From NCBI RefSeq assembly GCF_000981445.1, contig NC_027216.1:1240001-1304000 (forward strand): a DNA stretch of 64,000 nt. The letters are read 5' to 3'. Both the position numbers and the translations under genes were made by a program. Below are positions 49,647-59,974 of this stretch, piece by piece. The notes beneath the pieces are model-generated. The model was given only the letters and a program-made list of their open reading frames with translations. It did not search any database and was not told where the DNA came from. Position 1 is the stretch's first letter; each line of letters begins with the position of its first letter. This DNA is from Babesia bigemina (Eukaryota).

Positions 49647-52600
49647 TTACTTCGGAACAATGCGCTTCAGACACATGATCCAATTTTTGTTTGCTGTGCT
49701 CCAGAGCTTGGTGCTAATAGTTGAAAGTATGATGTTCGCGTTAATGCGATCTCCCGCATGGATTGCACGACACATATTTAAGATGAGGCCGTTGGCTTCA
49801 GCGGATTGCTCTCCATTCGACAGCGAAGTCATCAAGTCTGCGACGCGACGGCGATTATCCTCCGCAGCCCTGGAAGTATCTCCTTGCGCAATTAAATTGC
49901 CCAGCACCGTAGTAACAAACTGGAGATCGGCGGACGGCATGCGTTCACCTTGAGGTTTCACGGCAGCCGAAGTGGCGATGATGCGGCGGTTCGCATCTTC
50001 GGTGCTGCGTGTGCTGGACCCCTTTTGCTGAGTTGCTGTCGGCAGAGGCCAGGGCACGGGCATTCCTGGGTAGACAGCGTTTGCAACGGCAGCTGGCGCG
50101 GTTCCGTATTCCGCGGGGCCGCGCACCGCAGTCTTCGCTGGAACTTGTGTCTGAGTCGGGGCCACTGGTGCAGCCTCACGACGCTGAGTCTTTGGTTCCA
50201 TGAAATCAACAGAATGACCTGTGCCCCTGATGCGACTTAGAAGTTCCATTGCATACTGGTCACGGGCCACGAATGGCAAGGAAAGGCACTTAACGGCTTT
50301 GTCGACTTCACCGCACTCAACAAAAGCCTCAGCAAGCATGGTTGCACTACGGCCTAAATGATCCTTGGAAATGTCGTCAGCCACGGAGATCCATAGCGCA
50401 GCCGCCCTGACGGCGCTCTTGGCAACCAATTCTATGTTGTTCTTTCCGGTCTCGAGGTGCTTCCAGCAGTCGATAACGCGTGAAACGTCGCCGCTGCACA
50501 TGAACATGATGGATGCAGGCAGAAGGTGTTTATGGTTGCCTTCCTTGAAAGATTCGTAGAGCCTATGCCCAAGCACATTGCACAGGTCTCTGTATGCGTC
50601 TCGGTCACCCATCATATTCGTAATGACGTAAACCAACACCTCGCGCCATTTGTCAAGAGGACATTGGGCCACCATTGCTTTCACATCACCTTTCATCACC
50701 AGGTGCAGTGCGCGCAACAGGGGATCCTGTGCCTTTTCGGTTATGATATCGGATACCTTGAGCCACAAATCCAGGCCTCCGGCGTACGCCAGGAACAGAG
50801 CCTCCGTCAGCTTGCCTTTGTCTAGGCACAGTTGCGCGGCACCTTCGTAGTCACCCACAATCACACGCGAGCATAACGCGTCTTCGCCCCAGGAGAGGTA
50901 ATTGGCTGTCTGTGTCAAAGGTGCTTCATCGGACATGGGCGGCTCAGACTCATGCACATCACCGACGGGGGATTGCACCAACGGATCGTCAGCCAAGGAA
51001 GCCTCTTTGTTTGCCAAGGAGCTGAAAAAGGCCTCACCATCCTCCTCATTCAAGGGCTCGTTCCCGAAACCATCAAGCTGGCCTTCCGTTTGGGGCTGCG
51101 GTGCATCGTTTTGCTCATCCACGTAGTCCTGAGTTACTGCCTCGTCTTTGGGCTCCACGAGTTTGTAACCTAGGGTGTTAACGAGTGCCGCAGCTTCACC
51201 ACTGTGCAAGGCGCCCATGACCTCCCAAGTTAGCTTATCAAACTCGTCGGTGACAGTGGCCGCGCGGTCCCTGCAGATAGCCTCGAAATTATTCGTGTTA
51301 GCCAGCTCACAGAACAACTCGAGGGAGTCATCCAGGGCCCTAGCGGTGTCGTCATCCAACTCCATGCCGAGTTTGTACTGATTTACAGCACCGGCAGAAG
51401 TCCAAGTCGTAACTGAAGACGCGAAGCCCGATATGACACCGCAGGTACGCCGAATCCAGGCAGGCATGTATGATTCAGTCAGCGACATGGACATAGCGCT
51501 GTGCACTGAAAGCTCGTCGTCAGTATCCTGGGCAAGGAAGAAGCCCGGTGCCGTCGGGTGCCACTGAATGCGCCTGTGGTGGCTCAGGGCGCCAGTCTGC
51601 ATGTTTCCTAGCGGATGGAAGGGACCATGTACAGAGTCCAAAGTCCAGCAGCACGTGTGGTCATCCCTGCCACTAGTAAGCAGCAAATTCGGGTCATGGG
51701 GACATATGGAAAGACTTGTGAGTCCCATGGTGTGGCCCCGAACCTCCTTCAAAGGAACGGTGCAGTTACGCAGGTCCCAGAGTTGTATCGCCGGGGATTT
51801 GTCGTCACCATACCCGACGATCAACTGAGTCATGTGCTCGGACATCCATTCGACGGCAATCGGCTGCATACGACCAGACGGATCGCGGAAGCTGGAAGCA
51901 GGCTTGCGCGCCTTAAGATCCCAAACCACAAGGCCACTCGAGTCCGAAGGAGACATGGAACCCGAGGCGCCTACAGAGGCCCCCGAAGTGGCAAGGATGT
52001 GGCCTAGCCTCTTATTCCAGCTAAGCCCCGTTACGAGCCCGACGTGCCACTTTCCATAGCTCACATCAAGCACCTTTGGCTCCACCGAGTTCGCGAGGTC
52101 GCAGACTGAGATCTGGCCATCCACTCCAGCGATACCCAACATGTTGGTCTTGGCATTGTAGCTCAGACGTTTAAGTGGTGTGTTGCAAGCGCGTGTCTTG
52201 GACACAACACGTGGCGCATCACCCTCCACAATCGTAGTGCCATCCAGGAGGAACAGGTCGCCGGATGTGCTACCAATACCCACAATGCCGTTGTCTCCCG
52301 AGCACTGCATCCACACCAGTGACGCCACTTTGTCATCAAGGCCTTCGACGTCCGCTTTGTGGTATGTCGTGAAGTCGGCGATGCCCGCACCGTAGCGTGC
52401 GCCGTCGTAGGTTCCAAATTCGTTGATGGCACCAGCGAAAGAGACCTCATTCCCGAAGCCACTGAAGTTGTTGTTGGCGTCGAAAGATAAATCGAATGTG
52501 CTGTTGGGCCGCTCTGCGCGTTCCTTGATCTCGAAACCAATCAGAGATAGGGAGCTCTGGTTCGCGTCAGGCCGCGGACTCCCGCCACCGCACGCATCAT

Positions 52601-52670
52601 CGTAGCCTGGGGCGCAGAGGATGCAGCGCGAAGTGGCGGCGAACGGTGAGAAGACACCGAGGCCCTTCAT
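49647..52670 (-). CDS. SEC31: COPII outer-coat subunit Sec31
   Basis: WD40 repeats (VWDLKARKP, QLWDLRN...GHTMG), PAWIRR, ACE1 solenoid, Pro-rich region, C-terminal NKNWIMCLKRI. Confidence 0.92.
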   Translation of the reverse strand: MKGLGVFSPFAATSRCILCAPGYDDACGGGSPRPDANQSSLSLIGFEIKERAERPNSTFDLSFDANNNFSGFGNEVSFAGAINEFGTYDGARYGAGIADFTTYHKADVEGLDDKVASLVWMQCSGDNGIVGIGSTSGDLFLLDGTTIVEGDAPRVVSKTRACNTPLKRLSYNAKTNMLGIAGVDGQISVCDLANSVEPKVLDVSYGKWHVGLVTGLSWNKRLGHILATSGASVGASGSMSPSDSSGLVVWDLKARKPASSFRDPSGRMQPIAVEWMSEHMTQLIVGYGDDKSPAIQLWDLRNCTVPLKEVRGHTMGLTSLSICPHDPNLLLTSGRDDHTCCWTLDSVHGPFHPLGNMQTGALSHHRRIQWHPTAPGFFLAQDTDDELSVHSAMSMSLTESYMPAWIRRTCGVISGFASSVTTWTSAGAVNQYKLGMELDDDTARALDDSLELFCELANTNNFEAICRDRAATVTDEFDKLTWEVMGALHSGEAAALVNTLGYKLVEPKDEAVTQDYVDEQNDAPQPQTEGQLDGFGNEPLNEEDGEAFFSSLANKEASLADDPLVQSPVGDVHESEPPMSDEAPLTQTANYLSWGEDALCSRVIVGDYEGAAQLCLDKGKLTEALFLAYAGGLDLWLKVSDIITEKAQDPLLRALHLVMKGDVKAMVAQCPLDKWREVLVYVITNMMGDRDAYRDLCNVLGHRLYESFKEGNHKHLLPASIMFMCSGDVSRVIDCWKHLETGKNNIELVAKSAVRAAALWISVADDISKDHLGRSATMLAEAFVECGEVDKAVKCLSLPFVARDQYAMELLSRIRGTGHSVDFMEPKTQRREAAPVAPTQTQVPAKTAVRGPAEYGTAPAAVANAVYPGMPVPWPLPTATQQKGSSTRSTEDANRRIIATSAAVKPQGERMPSADLQFVTTVLGNLIAQGDTSRAAEDNRRRVADLMTSLSNGEQSAEANGLILNMCRAIHAGDRINANIILSTISTKLWSTANKNWIMCLKRIVPK

Positions 52671-53668
52671 CACATTAACCGTGTTTTCGCGATGGGAGGC
52701 GCGGTGTGTTCAACTGCTGGTCTTGGGCCGCCAGAAATGCACGCACACATACAAAATAATACCCCGGTTGAACCGGTATATGCTTCGGATAGTGCCTGAA
52801 GCCGCCTGGGCTGCACGAGTTCTTTGTTTGTGAGGCTACCCTCTCGACGCAGTGGTGTTGGCATGGTGAGACACATACACGCTATGGTATACACGCTGCA
52901 ATGAAATCGCTTTTACATTGCTATTGGCTGGGTTGTTTGTGCGGATTCCGGGCGGACTGCCGCGCACGATTTTATAGTCAACACACCTGGAGGTTGCCGC
53001 CAGCACTGCGGGCCGATGGTACCCTGTCCACACGAGGTGTATTCACGGACGTAGCTATATGAGTTGTTCACGATACATGTAGTGTGTACGATGTCAATTT
53101 GCGCCGTTGGTACAGCCTTCTAGTATCTCGCGGAGCTTCGCGTGTAGGCGAGCGCCATCGGCGAGCATGAGCTCCGCGCTTCTCGTAACGCCCCTGTTGC
53201 TCAGCGTTCGTGACAAGCTAACGATGCAGCTGATGGTGGACTTCAGCGCGCCTGCATGTGTGTGTGCGAAGGTAGACATGGGTATGCAACGTGGGCGTAC
53301 TAATGCAGTTGTGCCGTTCACCGTCAATCACGCTACACCTGCACGTCAGCAGCATCTCATAACCACCACGAAGTACACGCAAGTCGGCATCACACAACGT
53401 GTTTACAGCATATGCTCGGCCCGGACCGCTTTCAGCGCGTTAGGTCGCCTGCTCGCAAATACGTAACGACTGGCACTTAAACAAAAAATTTTCACAAGCA
53501 CACTTGTACATTGCCTTCGTCTAATCACTCATTCGCTTCGTTCTAATGTCACAATTCGCCACCGGGATGTATAACTTCATGCGCAGCTGTCAGTAGCACC
53601 CCAATGGCATTTCTTATCCTACGCCACGAAAACGCACAAGCCGACTACACTCACGTATACAAATGAAA

Positions 53669-56600
53669 CTATGCACGTTTGCAGTGTTGCGAAACTTTGC
53701 GCGTAAACATACCTAAGAAGAGCTCCTGCGGTGACAAATCAAAAACTGGGAGGTTTGTGGACTGGTAGGTTGCAGAAACGTTGGTAAAAATATGGAGACG
53801 TTTAGAAGGTGGTAACACATACGTTGGCCCTCCTTCCATTAGTGGCGCCTTCATCGTGGAGAAACAAAAAGCCCTTTTGGCATCTAAATAAAGTGGAGCT
53901 ACCGGATGGACCAACCGAAGCAAATAGCAGGGAAGGTAAACACCCTGTACATCGGAATGCGGGTTGTTCGAAAAACCGTCTTTATCGCTTTCACTGCCAT
54001 TGCTTTGGCTGTGGGCTTCTCTGTTCAGGACGAAAAGATTAAAACCCGAGTAATGGCTTGCGACCGTGCTCACAAGTAGACAGCAGCATACAAGTGCCCC
54101 CAGCCTCAGATATGCGTTGTTTACCAACTTCTTGGAAACATGTAAAAGCGACAGAATAATGGCATCCATACTAGAAAACCTGCCGCTCCCTAATACGCGG
54201 ATGACGGCCTCGCTGAACGAGGCCGGCGCATCGAATCCCCATCGGCATATCACGGGGATCACAGATGACACCTTATTAGCCACCTCGCTTGAAACCGTTG
54301 CTACTTGCCACATACAGGCAGATTCCACACCTGAACCATTTTTGAGACACACGACCCCCGAACGCTGGTACTCCTGTGGCGCATTTTCCGGCAAAATGGC
54401 AGCTTCATTCAGTGTAACTAAAAATTGCAACAGTATATCGTGCATGTGAAACAGTAGGTTGGCAGATGACATACAAAACGTCCCGAACCCACAAGTCAGC
54501 ATGCTGAGCAACCGTAATCCACCCTGGCGCAACGGGTCACCGTCAGGGCGTTTAAGAGTCTCGACAGACAACTGCTGCAACTGGTACAGACTAAAAGCAA
54601 CCGAATGGCTTGCAGTAGCTCTTAATTGGAACCACATCTCACCTGACGACTCGTATATACCTACCGACGGGTCAGCCATCCCCGTTGCCGGTCGTGCACC
54701 CGACAGCTGAAACTTGCTTAAGTCTAACGCCACCGCGAGATAATCGATGACGACGTCCAGGGCAATCGGTGATACCGAAGATACTCGCATTTCGCCAGGC
54801 GCACCACCGTGATCACCGTCGGCGAGGTAGGCGATGAGGAGCGGAAATAGGCTCAGAGCATTATTAAGCATCTCCTGGTCAACTGTGTCGACCGTTCGAG
54901 GCAACACGCGAAGCAAACAAATCCATAGCATCAACAAGTCTTCCTCCAGCTCCGCATATTTGCAGAGACTTAGTAAGCGCTGGCAGGATGTCGTTGCTTT
55001 GTCGTTCGTGGCTGGCCCTACTACCACAGTGCGGAAAAGCAAATGGAAGAGAAACCGTAGAAGATGACTGTTAAGAGTAGATTCTTCCACGTAAAAGCGC
55101 CGCCAATGTATTGAGTTCAGAAATCCGAGAGACGTTTGCAGGAGGGACGCAGAAAGTTGCAGATCACCGGGACCATCGGACAAGACCGCCAACACATCAG
55201 ACAGTTGATGACCAAAGTTGTTCAGCTCAGTATCGAATTCGAGGCACATCTTGCATAACAAGTCGATTGACCGGTGCTGAATGACGGGTGCATTTAATTT
55301 CGCAATTGTGGCGAGGCTTGCCATAATCCTCTGGGCATTAGTGCCCTGCCGCAGGACGTCCCAAAATGGCTCGTCAACCGTCTTGCTGTAGAGGCAATGG
55401 AAGGGAACCACGTGCTGCGCACGTAAGTTGATTAAGGCTATGGAATCACCCTCACAACACAAACAGGATACCAGGTAATGCAAAATTTCTCTCTTGGTTT
55501 GCTCCTCAAAAAGGTTTACGCGCTCAGCCCACGCGTTCACTATGCCGCTACACCTGTAGATGAGCAGCTTCGCCATGGGCGCGTCAAACTCGGACAAAGC
55601 CTTTTTGAAGGCCCCCAATATTGTCAAATAGTGTTTGCTTGTATGATAATTGGCGATGCTGGGGTACGCTATACTATAGAGAAGCAAATACGAGTCCAGC
55701 TGGGGAAAGTTGGTTCTACAATCAACTCCCACGATGGATTCTGCCACCCAGTTGAGAATAGGTAGGCCAGTCACCTTCATAGCCTCTATCACAGGCTGAG
55801 CTGGAGCTTGTGGAGGTGAATCCAAGGGCACCGTCTCTTCGCTCCACTCTGCAATAGCTTCAGGGTCCAAAGTTAAATATTTATCCCTCAGGAAGTCCAA
55901 CAGCTGCAACACGCCCCCACGTGCATAAATGCATTCCCAAAATAAGAAAGTGGCCTGCCGGGACATGTTTTCGGCAACATTCCCAACGGCATTGTAGGAT
56001 CCTTTCATTGGGCTGAGAGCCTTTTTGAAAGAACTTGTTACTGAACCTCCCTTTGTGCACGATGCTGCCAATTCGCATTGTGACTTCATCTCGTCGAATG
56101 TGGCGCATACCGTGAAATTCGCCTCTCTGGGTTTACGTAATGTGCGCAGCCCATCGCTTTCACCGTGCAGAGCGTAAAACTGGTGCATGTACCGGTCGTT
56201 GTTCACGACAGGGGACTTGAAAGCAGTGCACAACACTTCCATACATTGTGATATGACTGCGTCGACGGTTCCCACCGCGAGGTAATCAAATATGGGGTTG
56301 AGCGCCAAGGAAGGGTCAACGAAGGCGAAAATCATAGGCTCCTTGTCTAGCATCTCCGCAAAACCACGAATAAGCCGTCGTGAATTCTTCTGTAGTTGTG
56401 CATTGGAACTGAGCTCACTTTGCAGCAAAAACATGTGTAACTTCATTTTCACCCAAATCAGCTTTAGAATTTCCAGCAATTCGGTCCTCTGATAGACATT
56501 TCTCAACCCGCGAGTGTACAGTATGATGAGCAGGCTGTCCAGGTAGCGACTGAGTTCCAAATCGACGTTTGAAATGACCGAAGCAAACTGCGACGCATCA

Positions 56601-57247
56601 AGTGAACCTGAAGACCATCTTTCCAACCAGTGCTTGATCCAGAGCCTGGACACTAGGGGATACAACACTTCGGCCAAGTTGGCTACATCGTTTCTGTCTC
56701 TCATAAGGCGCAGCGTAGATTTTTCCTTGAAGATGTGATACAGCAGAAAGATGCAATTGAAGGTGCGAGTCGAAGTGACTGCATCGGAGAGTGCCGCCTC
56801 GACGCCCCTGACCAAGAGGTCGTGCATGGGGATCCAGTTCTGCGGGTAGTACCGCCGAGAAATCTTGCGTACCAACAATGCGAAATCCTTGCCAATAACC
56901 TTTGTTTCGTCTTTCAAGTGCGCCTCAAAAACGGAGAGCAGCTTGGCCATGAGGTTGTTTAAGGCGGGATCAATTGAATCAACGTCAACACCGCTGGCCG
57001 CCCGAATGGCGGCAAAGCCTCGTAGCCTAGCCAGAGCATTTTTAGCGCATATAAACGCCAGTTTGGAGATCTGTGCGTCGCCGAGGTATGCCACATCAAT
57101 GAGGGTGGCCAGGAAGGTCGGCCGTGATTCGAGTTCTACAATGCGAGCATAAGCTTCCTCCCGTACGCGGGCATCCGCCGCGACGGAGTTAGACAGAAGC
57201 TCTGCGACCAGAGCATGCTCAGGCGACGGTGCCGAGAGCTGCGACAT
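53669..57247 (-). CDS. Importin-beta family karyopherin (importin-11-like)
   Basis: IBN_N-like N-terminus (REEAYARIVELESRPTF...LAFICAKN), KISRRYYPQNW, HEAT-like helices. Extra 3' exons toward ~53550 or 53094 are possible. Confidence 0.75.
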   Translation of the reverse strand: MSQLSAPSPEHALVAELLSNSVAADARVREEAYARIVELESRPTFLATLIDVAYLGDAQISKLAFICAKNALARLRGFAAIRAASGVDVDSIDPALNNLMAKLLSVFEAHLKDETKVIGKDFALLVRKISRRYYPQNWIPMHDLLVRGVEAALSDAVTSTRTFNCIFLLYHIFKEKSTLRLMRDRNDVANLAEVLYPLVSRLWIKHWLERWSSGSLDASQFASVISNVDLELSRYLDSLLIILYTRGLRNVYQRTELLEILKLIWVKMKLHMFLLQSELSSNAQLQKNSRRLIRGFAEMLDKEPMIFAFVDPSLALNPIFDYLAVGTVDAVISQCMEVLCTAFKSPVVNNDRYMHQFYALHGESDGLRTLRKPREANFTVCATFDEMKSQCELAASCTKGGSVTSSFKKALSPMKGSYNAVGNVAENMSRQATFLFWECIYARGGVLQLLDFLRDKYLTLDPEAIAEWSEETVPLDSPPQAPAQPVIEAMKVTGLPILNWVAESIVGVDCRTNFPQLDSYLLLYSIAYPSIANYHTSKHYLTILGAFKKALSEFDAPMAKLLIYRCSGIVNAWAERVNLFEEQTKREILHYLVSCLCCEGDSIALINLRAQHVVPFHCLYSKTVDEPFWDVLRQGTNAQRIMASLATIAKLNAPVIQHRSIDLLCKMCLEFDTELNNFGHQLSDVLAVLSDGPGDLQLSASLLQTSLGFLNSIHWRRFYVEESTLNSHLLRFLFHLLFRTVVVGPATNDKATTSCQRLLSLCKYAELEEDLLMLWICLLRVLPRTVDTVDQEMLNNALSLFPLLIAYLADGDHGGAPGEMRVSSVSPIALDVVIDYLAVALDLSKFQLSGARPATGMADPSVGIYESSGEMWFQLRATASHSVAFSLYQLQQLSVETLKRPDGDPLRQGGLRLLSMLTCGFGTFCMSSANLLFHMHDILLQFLVTLNEAAILPENAPQEYQRSGVVCLKNGSGVESACMWQVATVSSEVANKVSSVIPVICRWGFDAPASFSEAVIRVLGSGRFSSMDAIILSLLHVSKKLVNNAYLRLGALVCCCLLVSTVASHYSGFNLFVLNREAHSQSNGSESDKDGFSNNPHSDVQGVYLPCYLLRLVHPVAPLYLDAKRAFCFSTMKAPLMEGGPTYVLPPSKRLHIFTNVSATYQSTNLPVFDLSPQELFLGMFTRKVSQHCKRA

Positions 57248-57488
57248 CGATGTGTTGCGCCCGCGCTGTATCCAGTCAAGTGCAGCGCGGAGGTCTGGAG
57301 AATCCAGACATCTGGAGTTGATGTTTTGAAATCGTTTATGTTAACACATTGCAACTATGATGCAGTGGAATTAATGCGCATGTGTGACGGCCATATTGCC
57401 CCAATCACCGCAGAATCGTACACACGTCGAGGTCCTTAGTGCGCCGTGCGCCCTCTGGACCGCGGCGAGACCGTCTTTCGAGAACCGA

Positions 57489-59088
57489 TGCTGAGATCAC
57501 TGCTGCTTTCCGAGACTTCTGCTATCAGATACACTCTCCATAGCAGTAACAGATGGCCAACTGGCGCGCTGTCGCGTAAATCACATCACGCCTCTGCGGC
57601 CATCATCAAGGCATACGAACTTAACGCTTCAAAGCAGGAGAATGGCCTACAATCTACCGAGGCTATCCGTGATCAACTAAGGTCGCTTCGGGGAGCTACT
57701 CTATCTAAGCAGGTGGGTGCATAGCAAGCAATTGGCAGTGTTGCATATACCGGAATGCCATCTGAGCATTTCGTTTTATGATTTATGCATTTTCTGAGTA
57801 CAGCTGTGCTGTTGCACTACATATACGCATCGCTTATTAAGAGTAGGAGGCATTTCTCGCGTTACAGTTTTGCTTACGAGTCGGATATTTTGAGAAAGAT
57901 CTGCTGAGTAACTGCATGTGTCTCGTAGAGTCAGGCTACTATAATCCTGTATTGAAGACGCCTTGGAACGGAGATGATTCACCTCCTCTTAAAAATGTTT
58001 CAGAACTTCCTAACAACTGCTTCGACGCCGTCAATGGGATGCCAATATCTGACAAGGCGACAATGGTGGTGGTAGGTGCAGTGCGTGAAAGCAACGTCAT
58101 CCGTTGACAGTGGCAAGATAGACTCATGAAAATGCGGCGTACCCCTCGCGGTCAGAGAGAAACTCACACATCACGTGGAATAACCGACGTAGACCCGGAG
58201 AAGCGCGAAATATTCACTACGAGAAAGCTCGGTAAGGTAGTGGATCCTAAACCGCTGCGGGTACGAGTCCGGGATATGCCACCTGGCAAGAAGCTATGCA
58301 GCGCTGTGGCTTTTCAACTTAGGGAAGCGGTAGATGGTGCATCGTTAACAGAGCTGGGTGACATCTCCACTATGTTCGCCGCAAGGTTGCCGCTCAGCGG
58401 TCAGCTAAATGATGACACCATGGAATTGCTGGCAGAGAGGCTCGGATATTATACGCCGGAAGAACTGGCCACACAAATAAGTCATATTGCTATAGTTTCC
58501 AGTGCAGCTACTGCGCGATATGTGGAAACGTGGTCGCACAGAAGAGCGCTGGGTAGCACGCGGGCATCGCAGGCGCACAGGCTTTATCGCATAGGAAGGA
58601 AAACGCTGCCGAAGCAGTTTTTGACAAAACTGTCCGTGGCCGCCGAATTATACGCACGAGAAAGGGTGACACCGGTAGCTTTAGGGTTCCGATTGGGATA
58701 CCACATGGACGCAACAGAGCAACAGTTCTTCACGCTGCGTTCGCTGGCCCGATCCGATACGCCTCTATCTATGACACAGTGGGACTTATTGCTCGCATCT
58801 GCCGAAGAAAGCTTAGATGGGGATGCAGAGGTAAATGCACGTTGCGTAATATGGTTGCTGGATGCGATCAACGCTGCGAAATACACCACGCTAAGTACGA
58901 TCCACTTGGCCAGGATGTTGACGGCAAAGTGCGAAATTGCATCAGATGTGGATCGCAATCATACGCATGTCGATACATTTGATGTAAAACCTATGCTGCG
59001 CTTCGTTGAAGAGAATTCTTTGGGTGATGATGCGAAGAGAATCATCAAAGCGGTCGCAGGCGTGAATGATTCCATATCAGACTCTTGA
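57489..59088 (+). CDS. Hypothetical multi-exon protein, possibly mitochondrial
   Basis: MLRSLLLSETSAIRY... transit-like start. The exon at ~57930-58071 joins the 58126-59088 ORF via a GTAGGT...GACAG intron; the first junction is unresolved. Confidence 0.55.
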
Positions 59089-59425
59089 CCCTGCACATCA
59101 AGCTCTTCGTGTACGATTAGTGAAAAACACGGCGGCGATAGCATGATATGCATTGTCTAGAGAGAAATGTACCGTCCCTTGAACGGGACGCATCATCGTT
59201 TACCGGTCTCAATGGTGATGTACGCAAGGCTCTGGGCATTCAATGACATATTTATTAATGTCTATCTATTTCTTCACACATGCTATCTCCTGATAGTTGT
59301 CTAGCTCGTACATAATTGTAGAAGGTTGTCCCCTACAACCATTGCTACCCTATGGCTACGGCAGACGTTATAAGTGGAGAATGGCATGGCTTAGAGCAGA
59401 AACTATACATAATTGACAATACAAT

Positions 59426-59908
59426 ATGATGTATCCTGTGGCAGGTTGGACGCTTGTCCTCTTGTGTTCTGCCGCGGTGCTGTGTGCAGAGCGGAAGGAC
59501 GGAATCCTATTGAAGGATTCCACCGCATACAAGCAGGATTCCACAATAGACGCGCCTGTATATGCTCACCAACCAACATTTAGCATGTATGGACATCGCA
59601 AAAATTCCAGTAAGTCGCAAATGCTTCGATCGAGCGCCCAGCTCCACGGTGCCGCTTACCATGGATCAAGCACAGCCGCGATTTCGCTAAACGAGGAAAA
59701 AGAGCCGAAACCACATGTGAAAGGCAATGAAACTGTGACACCATCGGAGAGTCAAGCGGACCCAGGCGACGACAAGCCTCCGAAGAAAGACGAGCCGCAG
59801 CGGAACTCACGCTGGTGTCAGAGCAACACGGTATTTCTAAGTGCTTCCGAGCTAACCACTTTCAACCTGTTTGCTCTATCTCTGTTATCAGTATTGATGG
59901 TGTGGTAA
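59426..59908 (+). CDS. Small putative GPI-anchored surface protein
   Basis: N-terminal signal peptide, hydrophilic S/P/K/E-rich middle, and a hydrophobic C-terminus with no cytoplasmic tail. Confidence 0.65.
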   Translation: MMYPVAGWTLVLLCSAAVLCAERKDGILLKDSTAYKQDSTIDAPVYAHQPTFSMYGHRKNSSKSQMLRSSAQLHGAAYHGSSTAAISLNEEKEPKPHVKGNETVTPSESQADPGDDKPPKKDEPQRNSRWCQSNTVFLSASELTTFNLFALSLLSVLMVW

Positions 59909-59974
59909 GCAGAGATTTTTTTGGCGTTTTTAATTTGTAATAGGCATATAATACTCGCCGTACGGTCACGTGAT

